A stretch of DNA of 64,000 nt, from NCBI RefSeq assembly GCF_001194135.2, contig NC_068983.1, positions 103,004,451-103,068,450 of the forward strand, read 5' to 3'. The stretch comes from Octopus bimaculoides. Taxonomy: Eukaryota. This document shows, piece by piece, positions 48,801 through 60,089 of this stretch (positions are counted from its first letter, which is position 1; each line of letters starts with the position of its first letter). Below the pieces are notes generated by a model. That model was not told the origin of the DNA. It saw nothing but the letters and a program-made list of their open reading frames with translations, and did no database searches. Both the position numbers and the translations under genes were made by a program.

Positions 48801-51800
48801 ATGTCATTAGTTTGTCCTCAAAAGAAATTGTTAATTTCTGAAAAGGTCAGATTCTTACCACAAAATCGAAACCTAACTAAATCAATTCAAAGTATTCTGA
48901 AAGATCACATGAGTCAGTTTGCTTTTTAAGAATTTGATAAAATTGGAACTAAAGGACAGAAGGCAGAGGATGATATTGATTCAAATGAAACTCATGACAT
49001 GTAGTCATGAAAACATTGTATGAAAGTATTAGAAAATGTTGAAATGGGTCGTTTAAAGCTTACTGCATTCATTGAATTCATCTAACAGCTCAAAATAAAT
49101 TTTTAATTTCAGATCATTGAAATGTTAAAAATAGAAAGTAAAAATGATCTTGATGGTATCATGGGCAGAAATAAGCATAGATCTGATTATATATGTCACT
49201 TTTGCAGATATAAGCATGCACCATTAAGATGTTGTGCATCTTATATTCAGTTGAGAAAAATTTTGTAGTGAACAATTCAATGCTTTGCAAATTCTGTTTC
49301 ACAAGGATATGAAGAGTTGATATTGAAAGATCAAAAAATGATGCTGCTGTGAACACTTGGCTGCCACAAGTCAATTATCCCTGTGGTGACTTTTCTGAAA
49401 GGGATTGATGGGCCAAGCTTTCACTATAAAATTGGCAAAAAAAAAAAAAAAAAAAAAAAAAAAACCACTCAGTGACAAATGTGAAACCCAATAATGTTAA
49501 TAAAATAAATACAAAATGATAATAGCAGCTAGATAACTCTAATATTTCAGAACTTGTGGACAGACTTGAACAAACCAATCTTTAAGGAAATGTGGTACCA
49601 AACTAAAGCAATTTGGTGGAGAATTGATAAGAGAATACAAGTTGAGAGTGTCACTGTCTTTGAATGTGAATAAATCATTCTTTGCTTGATATGAACCTAA
49701 GAATTGTCAATAGTTTAACATTAACTTGAAAAGTTTAAGCTTGAAGACAACTAGGGAAATTTATAAATGAAGCTCTTCTAGAGGAAGCAAATGGCCTGTC
49801 AGAATATATAGAGACTATACCAAGAAGATATGAATTTGTTGAGAAGATCATCATCATCATCATGATATTCACTTTCTATGCTGGCACAATTTGAATGAGT
49901 TGTCACAGCTCATGTCTGTTTTTATTCAGAACTACTGCCTTCCTAAGCATAGTTGGGGAACCACATCTCGCCTGTCCATTTCATTCTTGTACATTTACTA
50001 TGGTTGGATGTCCATCCTCACACCACCCACTTAACAGTGTGCACTGGATACATTTTATAATGGCACCAGCACCTAGCAAGGGTGTCATGTACTTGGCAAG
50101 ACAATACTATATGGCCCTCCTGATGCTATAATGTCTTGCTCAATTGACAACCATTTAACAAAGTGTACTGGATGAATTTTATCATTGTACCAGCTCAAGA
50201 TGAGACTAAATGGTGACCCTGAGCCTACAACATTTCCTCTCATTCACCAATAACTTTACAAAGTGTAGCGTGTGCAATTTAATGTGAGACCAGCACTAGA
50301 GAAATTGACACATCCTTAACAAGTCTAAAGTGTTCTCTTAAGCTCAGTTGTCAATCTCTTTACAAAGTGTACAGGGTAGGAGGAGACATTGTATTTTCTG
50401 ATATTCTTTTCTTTCTTTTATTCTTCTACTTATTTCAGCCATTTGACTGTGACCATGCTGGAGCACCACCTTAAAGGGTTTTAGTCGCAGGAACTGACCC
50501 CAGGACTTATTCTCTGTAAGCCTGGTACTTATTATATGTCTCTTTTGCCAAACTGCAAAGTTATGGGGACATAAACACACCAACATCAGTTGTCAAGCAA
50601 TGGTGGAGGGGACAAACACACACACATAAATATATACAAATATCTATATGGTGGGCTTCTTTCAGTTTCTGTCTATCAAAATCCACTCACAGAGTTTTGG
50701 TCAGTCCAAAGGTATAATAGAAGACACTTACCCAAGGTGCCATGCAGTGGGACTGAACCCGGAACCATGTGGTTGGGAAGCAAGCTTCTTACCATACAGC
50801 TACATCTGCACCTGAATTATTTTCCTAATGCCAACCACTCTACAAAGTGTACTGGGAGCTTTTTACATGCCACTGGCATTAGTGAGACCGCCATGCATCT
50901 CGCAAGACTATGAAACCCAAAACAGGGGCTTTATACTATGAGATGAGGGGTTAAAAGTATGAGAGAAGTTGGGGTGGCAGAGCAGGTTCTCGTAGAGAAG
51001 CTGCATGACCACTCACATTTCAAAGAGAAGGTGAGAATGATCAGTAGGAGCTGCAAAGAGATAATGGTAATGAGGTATTCAGATGACTCTTCAAGGTGAG
51101 TCGAAGTGAGCGAGGGTAGAAGTATGGGTGGGTGAGGGTTTTCAAGAGTGTATGGAAGAGCAAGAGATGAGGGAATAGCAGAGGGAAGAGGAAGTAGGCA
51201 ATAACTACAAGGTCAAAAGGTGATTATAAAAAGCAATGAATAAGAGGTGGGGAATGATCAATGAAGCACAAGTTGGAGAAGGCAGAGGGATTCTGAAGAG
51301 AGGGGGAGTGCAACAGTACAGTAACAGTGATATACTGACAGGGGGAGGACAAGAGAGAGATGACATGTGGTTGTGGTCCGGTAGGCAGTTGGAATAGAGA
51401 AGGGGAGGGGGCTTCTTTCAGTTTCTCTTTACTAAATCCACTCACAAAACTTAAGATATAAAACTACAAAATAATAAAAAGCAGTTAATTTCTATGAAAA
51501 ATTTAATGATCATTATTAAAAGCCCACAATACCTCTTGCAGCACTTCATAAACTTGATGCTTCATTTTTCTTGAAAGATAAAACAGAAAGTTTTCAGGTA
51601 TCTAAAACCCAGTGAGATTCAGTGAGACCATTGTTGTCATTATTTTTAATGTCCACTCCTATACACTCACAGATTTTCTATAGCTGGATGTCCTTCTTGT
51701 CTCCAGTCCTCTCCATGTCCACAGATGCTTTCACAAAAAACTGGAAAAGGACACTGCCTCTATGATGGTGATATTCTTTAAAGACAATCACCAACATACA

Positions 51801-54800
51801 TATATATACATATGATGGGTTTCTTTCAGTTTCTGTCTATTGAATCCACTCACAAGACTTTGGTCAGCTTGGGGCTATAGTAGAAGACACTTGCCAAGTT
51901 GTTTGGTACTTATTCCACCAGTCTCTTTTGCTGAAGTGCTATGTTACATGGATGTAAACACACCAACACTAGTTGTGAAGTAATAGTGAGGGACAGACAC
52001 AGACACAAAGACATACACATACACATATATATATGACAGGCGTCTTTCAGTTTCCCTCTACCAAGTCTACTCGTAAGGCTTTGGTCAGCCCGAGGCTATA
52101 GTAGAAGATACATGTCCAAGGTGCCATGCAGTAGGTGTGAATGTGGAACCATGTGGTTAGGAAGCAACCTTCTTACCACACAGCCACACCTGTGCCTAAA
52201 ACATTTCCGCTTTCGAGCTCAGGATTATTTTCACAAAATGGTCATTTTGTATTATATTGTTCAAAAGTATTAACCACAGCTGAAGCCAGATACTTAAATA
52301 CTGAAAAGGAAGCTTTGACAATTGTATGATGTACTTGAGAAGCATGGTTTTTTTTTTTTCTTCTTCTGATTGACAAAAATTTAAATTAGTCTCATATCAT
52401 AGGCGATATCTTTGGCAAAAAATGTGGTTTACTAAAAATAACATCAGCTCGTTTTTTTTTCAAACAGGAATTATAAATAATGGCATTCGAAGTATGAAAT
52501 ATGTAAAGGGATGTCAAATATCACATATTGATGTATTGTTACAATTGAACTTTTTTAATGTTGGTTTGAAAGAACTATGATTCTGCTGATGAAGATTCTT
52601 TCATTCAGCTTGTTGAAACATTGATCATCATCATCATCATTTAACATCTGCTTTACATGCTGGCATAGATTGGATGGATTGACCAGAGCTGGCAAGCAGG
52701 AAAGCTGCACCAGGTTCCAGTCTGATTTGACTGGGTTTCTATGGCTGGATGCCCTTCCTAACACCAACCACTTTACATTTTTATATGGCACCAGCACAGG
52801 TGCCCTTATGTGGTGCCAGTATGGGTATTTTCTATGTCACACTGACACAGGGCCCTCACAAGCCAATCCTCTTTAGCAGGAGGAGTAGCACTAGCAATTC
52901 TGCTGTGGATGATGGGTTTTCTTGGACATAGCAAGACACTAGGTATTTTAATCTAGTGAATTAAAAGTTTTTTTTTTAAATAATTGGAGTTATTGTTCTG
53001 TGGTTGAAAAGCTATTCAAATCATTGAAAATTAAGTTAACGGTTGAAGATGGTAAAGGGAATTGTTCCACCAACTAGTTTGATAACCTTAATTATGCTGT
53101 GTATGGTGGCATACATTGTCTCCATTGCAATAAGGAACTGCTTGAAATTAGAAGTATGGCAGTCTGATGAGAGTTATATGAGGAGCAATATGTAAAAAGA
53201 TGTCCAACATGTGCTAGACTAAAACTGGAATAACCTCACAGAATGCACATGTGGCCTAAAGAAATTAAGTATAGATATATATGCATATGGATAACACTTA
53301 TGTAAACAATTATGGAATTATGAAATTTTGGCACAAGGTCAGCAATTGCAGGGGACAGGGTAAGTCAATTACATCAAACCTAGTGTTTAACTGCTACTTA
53401 CTTTATCAATCTTAAAAGGATGAAAAGCACCTTGGTGGAATTTGAACTCAGAGTGTAGCCAGACAAAATGCCACTAAGCATTTTGCCAAGTGTCCTAAGG
53501 ATTCTGCTAATTCACTGCCTTTGAAATAAGGGTTAATAATGAAAAGCAGAAACAGATATTAAGTGTGTTTCCCAGAAACATTAGTGTCGAGGAACGTGTG
53601 ATTTCAGGATAATGAACTAGGTATAAGGCATAAGATCAGATGTAAAACTATGAAACATCTTCATAGCATCCAGGATCAAATGAGATTGCCAAAAGAAAGA
53701 CTGTGTTAAGTGCATTTTTAATATTCACCATGTAAAGGTTATATGAAATGCATACTGGAGTCACATACTTTTCAATTACAGAACACTCCCTCATTCAAAA
53801 ATTCTTCTTAGTGTATCTACTTTGATGGTCAGACAAATACAATCACCAATAGCAATGTATTATGAAACTGTAACTTCAGTTTGGTATTGAAGTAAAAGAA
53901 ATGATAATCATAACAAGCTAAATTTATATTTCAAGTAGGAAACAGTATAGAGGTGATTCTCAAGTGCAAACGGTATGATATTATTGCAATTCAAATAAAC
54001 AATAACACAAATATTGACAGTCAACAAAATGTAGAATCATTTCCTTAAACTTTGAATGATTTTCCAGGCCATTAATGAAGATTGTGATTTGAACAACTGA
54101 TAAAAGAACAAACATAACAAATGATGTTACACTGTTCTTGAATAGCAAAGGGAATTAAATCAGTTCAGTCTGGGTAGTGTTGTGTCATCGTTACACTAAT
54201 ATTACTGCAGGCTTTTGACATTCTTGAATGTAACTGGGTCCGAAATGAATAAAACTTCTGAATGTAAAGAATCATGTGCACTATGACTGCATTTAGATAA
54301 ACTTTGTATGACTAGAATGACAACATTTGTGAATACTAGGCTCATGAGCTTGTTGAAAATTCAATCTCCTGCATATGTTAAATTGAGGTCTTTTGAAACT
54401 CACTCAACTTTGGCTCAATTTACTCAACTAGGAAATAAGTAGTCCAAGAAATCTAAACTATTATAGAAGAGCATATTAGGGAAGATTTACTTCAACCAAC
54501 ATAATCATAAGAAAATTAGAAATTAATCCTACTCTTAAGAATCATTGTAGCTAAAGACAGGAAAGTGATCTCCAGTTTTGTCACTTCCTTGATCAGCTGT
54601 ATTCAGAACAGTGGCCAAAATACAATATCTATGGAAACATTCTAATCAAAATGGAATATCTTTGGAAACTTTAAACGTTTCAGTAGGTAAATAATAATCA
54701 TTGTTAAATAGAGGCACAAGGCTTGAAACATAGAGGAAGGGGGGCTAGTTGATAGCATCAACCCCAGTACTTGACCGGTACATATTTCATTGACCCTGAA

Positions 54801-57800
54801 AGAATAAAAGACAAAGTCAATCTCAGCAGAATTTGAACTCAGAACATAAAGATGGACAAAATACTGCTGAGCATTTTCTTTGGTGTACTAATGATTCTGC
54901 TAGTTCACCACCTTTATAATAATAATAATAATAATAAAGCACTTATATGGTACCATAAATCTTTGAAAACAAGAAAATGTTTATAGGTGTCCTTATCATC
55001 TATTCATATACACACATATAAACATAAAACTTTGGAAAATGGTTCACTACTGGTGTTTCCTAAAAACATGTTTTCAAATTTGTTCTGAAAGCCAACACAA
55101 ATAACTGGTGCAATTCATACAGACAGAAGAAATTCAGTTCAGATAGCTGAAACCAACTTAAAGAAAACCTGATCACCTCAGTACATTATTTTAGTGCCTG
55201 GTATAATGAGTAATTCAATTCCACTTGATCTTAGATACACAGTTTACTCTATCCTCTGAAGCAGTTCACTTATGTATTGAGGAGCAAGCTCATGTGCAGC
55301 TTTGACTGTCAGCAAATTGAGCCATTACATTTATAGAGCTCTCATGAACTTGGAGATATGGTCGAATTTCTTTCTCTTCACACTTATTCTAACTACAGTA
55401 TTTTGAATGAGTTGTAATCATCTGATCTGAAGTGCATTTCCATTGCTCAGCCATGATGAAACATAAACATGCTCTGCTGTTTCAGTCATCTTCTGATTCA
55501 AGTATTTCCCAATCACACCAATATTTTTCAGGCACACATTTACTGACCAACACACCATGTTGATATACTTGACCTCCTCATGTCAGTATCACCATCTCTA
55601 ACCTACCATTTTACTGGGATTATTAAACAACAATAATACTGTATATGGTAGAGTAATGATAGTATCAGCACAGTTAGGTTAGAATTTGTTTTTACTTCTA
55701 TGTGAAGCAATCTACTGATGCTGCTTTGTCCAAGATATTTATTAGTCTTAAGTTTATGCTTTCCCTAATTATTTCATGTAAATTGAAATGTCACAGAGAT
55801 TCAACAATTTATGTCAAGCAACACAGGTGAAACAATTTGTACATAAAAAAGAAATTAAAGATAAACATAATAGCAACCAGACTATTTCTGAATGAAGAGT
55901 ATAATATAATAGCTATAGTATTACAGTTTCGTACAAGTATTTAGGCAAAAATTTCCCTTAACAAGATAAATGTGGGCTAGTTAACTACAAGCAACACCTG
56001 TCAGTTTGAATGTATAAAACAAGAAAAACAATTAAAAATTATGATACCTCTTACCAATAGATAGTAAAGGAATGTAATGGTCAAAATCTTTTAAGCATTT
56101 GTTTAATTTTGACAAAAGTCAAGAATTGATTGAAGATGTAAAAGAAGGGAAAAAAACAGCCCAAAATGTTTTCCTTTTTAAAATGAAATTATCAATGTTT
56201 ATGAATAAATGATAAATACTAATGTTTATAACATACTATTATTACTGATAGGCAGAGATTGAAAGACAGAAGTATAGCAAGTTAATTAAAATCATACAAA
56301 CAATTTAATAATATTAATTACCAGGAACTTGGAAGCGATTTGCTGCAGCTAGAGTCAAACTAATATTTGAATAAAAAATCAACTTTAAAAGGATTGCTGG
56401 TAGGTTTTTCTTCTTCTACTGACATAGTGCTGAGGGAGATAGTGAAAAGACAGAAATTTCCATATGTTGATAACACTTTCAACAGCTGAATTTAATTCTG
56501 ATGTTCGAAACTCTCGTCATTATGGCGAAAATAGTGAAAGGATCCAGCGGAAAAGATACTGGACAGTCAGTCCACGTATCATGGGATCAAATCTATTGCA
56601 AGCATTTGATTATTTCTATATAACTTCATTTCATATTCACTCAGTTCACAAAACTGAAGAAACTAGATGATAGGCTGTTCTGGGAAAATTAACTTTGATA
56701 AACTAAGATGATTAGATAACTGAATTAACAAGGAAGAATTCATCCACCTTTCATTTGCTCAACACACTGAAGTTGTTGAGTCCCGGTCACAGTGGATCCT
56801 TGTCGGTGTTGACAGGATTGTTTTTATTAATGAAATGTTTGTATTATTGGAATAGCCAGATGTAAAAATTGAGTTTGTTTCTTTTTGAAGAACTTTCTTG
56901 TGTTAGACATTATATCGTAAATAATGACACAATACTTGAAGTTATGGAGAGTGGTACTCAGTACAAGTTGTAAAACAACAGTGTAGTAGTTATTAACACT
57001 GAAAACTAATTGCTTTCAAAACCTTAATAGTTCTAATTAAAAACAAAAAAAAAATAAAGATGCAGAACTCCCACAACTCAAGCTATATAAGTGGAAACGA
57101 AAGAAACACTGAAAGTTTATATAAAACCCAAAATAAATGTTTATTCATAGGAGTAATTAATAAACAATTTGTTGCACAGTGCTTTATCTAAAATATTAAA
57201 TCAAAGTCCCAATTACATGGGCGTCGGTGGGTTGATTAGGACCCAACTCAGACTCATCATTGCTGTTTAATAAAAGATCAAGTTTAAAAAAAACAATCAA
57301 TCAAAGGAAATCATATTTACTAGACTTCGATCTCGGGGAGGGACAGATGTGTCAGAGTTTCAAGTGCGACGTAGTCAATACATTCGAATATACGTTTTGC
57401 ATGGCTTACTTAGACTAAAAAATTTTAGCCAAAACATTTGACTGGTGGTAAGGTTGTTGGTTTTGAGAGTATAAATGGGCAATGATAACAAAATAGGTGG
57501 CGCCCGACAAGAATGTTGTTGCTACTCTAAACAACAAGAGTTATAACCGTCATTGCAAGTACATACTTCCCAACAACAGATGGTTACAAGAGCCAACAGT
57601 TTCAACTCTGTTTGAAATCATCCAAAATCACATGAAAACTTAGTATTTACTCCAGAAATAAATCTACTGAGAAATAAAAAAATGTATTAAAGAAGAAAAA
57701 TGAAGCAAGATGAAGAGACTGTAAATGTGTGAAGGGGGAGTAGAAACGATAACAAAAAACAAAAAAAAATGTAAAATCAATATCATATTTCAAAATTACT

Positions 57801-57919
57801 TTTTATCGATAGAAAAACTGAATACGCATGATGAATATGAACAGTTATTCAACAGTTGCAGTATATTTGGCGAGTGCATTATTGTATAAAAAGGGGATAA
57901 AGAAAGTGAAGGAACTTAC

Positions 57920-58000
57920 CATCAATTCAATGCCATAACCATGTACGATTGGCGGCCATTACATTTTGTCTGCTATGACAGAAGAAGTCTACTGTCAAGG
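57920..58000 (-). other. RALGAPB: Probable non-coding first exon of RALGAPB (left end = donor; right end/TSS unknown)
   Basis: Strong donor ATG|gtaagt at 57920/57919 in a CpG-retaining, repeat-free zone. The first coding exon has an acceptor 22 nt upstream of its ATG, so an upstream exon must exist. The pairing of the two is inference. Confidence 0.55.
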
Positions 58001-59000
58001 GCAAATAACTATGGTCCGAAGTTTTCATAACTCGCAGTGACCAGACTTTATTTTCCAAGTTATATTAACTAATATGTATTGAAATAAAGTCGTCAAATTC
58101 ACATTTAACAACAAAGTACAATTCCACAAACATATGTGTATTTTCTAGACTGAACCTTTTACATATTTGTTTAGATTATTGATGAAATTATTTGACAATG
58201 CAAAATATACACAATTTCTAAAATAAAAAGGGGGGGGGCGAATGATAATATTGATGTGCTATTTGATGACGCAGTTTAAAATTTGTAATGAATTAAAAAG
58301 TGATTTTGAAAAGATGGTTTGAAATTAACAGCATTTTAAACTTTGTCAAGTCTCCGTCAGACCTTGTTTAAAAAAGAAAACAGAATGCTTTTGAATTAGG
58401 AAAAGACATTAAGCTTTTAATTTATTTACATATATTTTCATGAGTTACTTAAAAGTGGTTATATATTAATATCCTTATCCCATTATTGGTGTCATTAAAA
58501 ATTACAGCAGTTACTCTACCCAGACAAACAGCCACAAAGGTTTGCTCGCCCGGTTACTACGAGGAGCAGATAACTCCGATCAGTCTTTTCAAGTATTAAA
58601 GAGTAAACCAAGGGAGATTATTTCACCTAGCTGTCTGAAATGACGTGTACGTTTAAACTACAAATGGATTACTAAATGCGACTTGTTATGACAGATTTAT
58701 AACTTACTTTATAAATATTTATTCTTTTCAGTTCGTTAATTTTTTCTTTGTTGTTTCCAACTTCACATATATGACTGCTGTTCTAACATTTTATAACATA
58801 AGTTGAATTACCAATCTTTACATTTGGAGCTGATAACTGTTTGAAACAAACAGAAGTGGTAAAATAAAGCAAAGACTGTCAGGATACGAAAGTCATTTCA
58901 ACATTATCCCTGTATACTGCTCTACATATGTTACATAGAAGATGTGTCAAAATCAAATGATAAAAATATTCGGATTATATTCATACTTCTAACCGCGTCT
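58000..59000. promoter_or_regulatory. Putative bidirectional promoter region RALGAPB/STX5
   Basis: Divergent gene orientation, free of SINEs and microsatellites, and CpGs retained. A YY1-like ggcggccatt (57951-57960), TGACGT (about 58641) and a DRE-like TATCGATA (57804-57811) lie nearby. The motifs alone are not significant. Confidence 0.5.
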
Positions 59001-59072
59001 TGGGAACTGTGGTAGAGCGATATTCCTATTTTTGCTTGGACCCTCTTTATTCACTCAAATACAAGGATACAG

Positions 59073-59170
59073 GTTTGTTTCCTTAAAATTTTCTCAAAAC
59101 ATATTCTATCAACCAAATTGTTTTATATATTTCTCTATTTCTCTTTTACTGCCAATAATAACTTTCTAAG
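59073..59170 (+). other. STX5: Probable 98-nt 5'UTR intron of STX5
   Basis: acag|gtttgt donor, pyrimidine-rich body, and ctttctaag| acceptor 1 nt before the ATG. Confidence 0.55.
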
Positions 59171-59171
59171 T

Positions 59172-60089
59172 ATGACGTGTCGGGATCGAACTAATGAATT
59201 TCTGTCGGCAGTTGAATCAATACAGTCGCGACAAAACAACACAGTTGTCACATCACGATCTCCAGTTACCAAAAGTAAGCTACAACGAACTGAGTTTACT
59301 GTTAAGGCGAAGCATATCGGCCGAGATTTAGCTAATACTTTCGCCAAACTTGAAAAGCTTACTTTATTAGCCAAACGGAAATCTTTGTTTGATGACAAAC
59401 CCACAGAAATTCAAGATCTTACGTTTATTATAAAACAAGATATCACTTCTTTAAACAAACAGATTGGTGAGTTGCAGGAAATAGCACGAGCCCAAAAATA
59501 TCATAATGGTCGTCACCAACAAACGCATTCTTCTTCGGTGGTGGTCGCTCTGCAGTCAAGATTGGCCACAATGTCTAACGAATTCAAAACAGTCCTAGAA
59601 GTACGTACGGAAAACTTAAAGCAACAGAAAACACGCCGTGAGCAGTTCTCTCAATCAGCTGTTTTCCCACTTACGACCATGTCTGGGGAGGGTTCGGTGT
59701 TATTAAACGAAGATGAAGCCGATCGGACAAAACCAAACGACTTGTCAATTGATATGAATTTTTCACAACGGCAACATCAAGACCAAATTCAACTAATTGA
59801 TGAACAAGATGCTTACGTTCAAAACCGGGCAGAAACAATGCAAAATATTGAATCTACCATTGTGGAATTAGGCACTGTTTTCCAAAGACTTGCTACAATG
59901 GTAAAAGAACAAGAAGAAATGGTAAATAGGATCGACTCAAACGTTGACAATGCTGAGCTTAATATAGAAATGGCTCACGGCGAGATATTGAAATACTTTC
60001 AATCTGTTTCTTCAAATAGATGGCTCATGCTCAAAATTTTCTGTGTTCTTATAGTATTTTTCATTATATTTGTTGTATTTATGGCCTGA
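59172..60089 (+). CDS. STX5: Syntaxin-5 (Golgi Qa-SNARE), 305 aa, single coding exon
   Basis: MTCRDRTNEF N-peptide (human short form MSCRDRTQEF; Sly1-binding), Habc region (IGRDLANTFAKLEKLTLLAKRKSLFDDKP.EIQDLT.IIKQDI), SNARE motif RAETMQNIESTIVELGTVFQRLATMVKEQEE..RID.NV, and a C-terminal TM helix WLMLKIFCVLIVFFIIFVVFMA. AATAAA at 60267-60272. Confidence 0.97.
   Translation: MTCRDRTNEFLSAVESIQSRQNNTVVTSRSPVTKSKLQRTEFTVKAKHIGRDLANTFAKLEKLTLLAKRKSLFDDKPTEIQDLTFIIKQDITSLNKQIGELQEIARAQKYHNGRHQQTHSSSVVVALQSRLATMSNEFKTVLEVRTENLKQQKTRREQFSQSAVFPLTTMSGEGSVLLNEDEADRTKPNDLSIDMNFSQRQHQDQIQLIDEQDAYVQNRAETMQNIESTIVELGTVFQRLATMVKEQEEMVNRIDSNVDNAELNIEMAHGEILKYFQSVSSNRWLMLKIFCVLIVFFIIFVVFMA

Noticed and set aside
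48576-48929. ORF with HPLNDPD..W....R.NW, vaguely THAP-like
   Set aside because: The C2CH zinc ligands could not be recovered in any frame. It may be a decayed transposon but is unsupported.
56300-57000. Complex, coding-looking stretch in intron 1
   Set aside because: Stops in all frames I translated and no recognisable motif; left unassigned.
57498-57507. TGGCGCCCGA resembling a tRNA-Lys primer-binding site
   Set aside because: Only 10 nt match, with no adjacent LTR (TG...CA) or gag/pol.
59118-59171. 18-aa N-terminal extension of STX5 in the ORF track
   Set aside because: It starts at a TTG inside a pyrimidine tract ending in an AG acceptor. Homology begins at MTCRDRT (59172).
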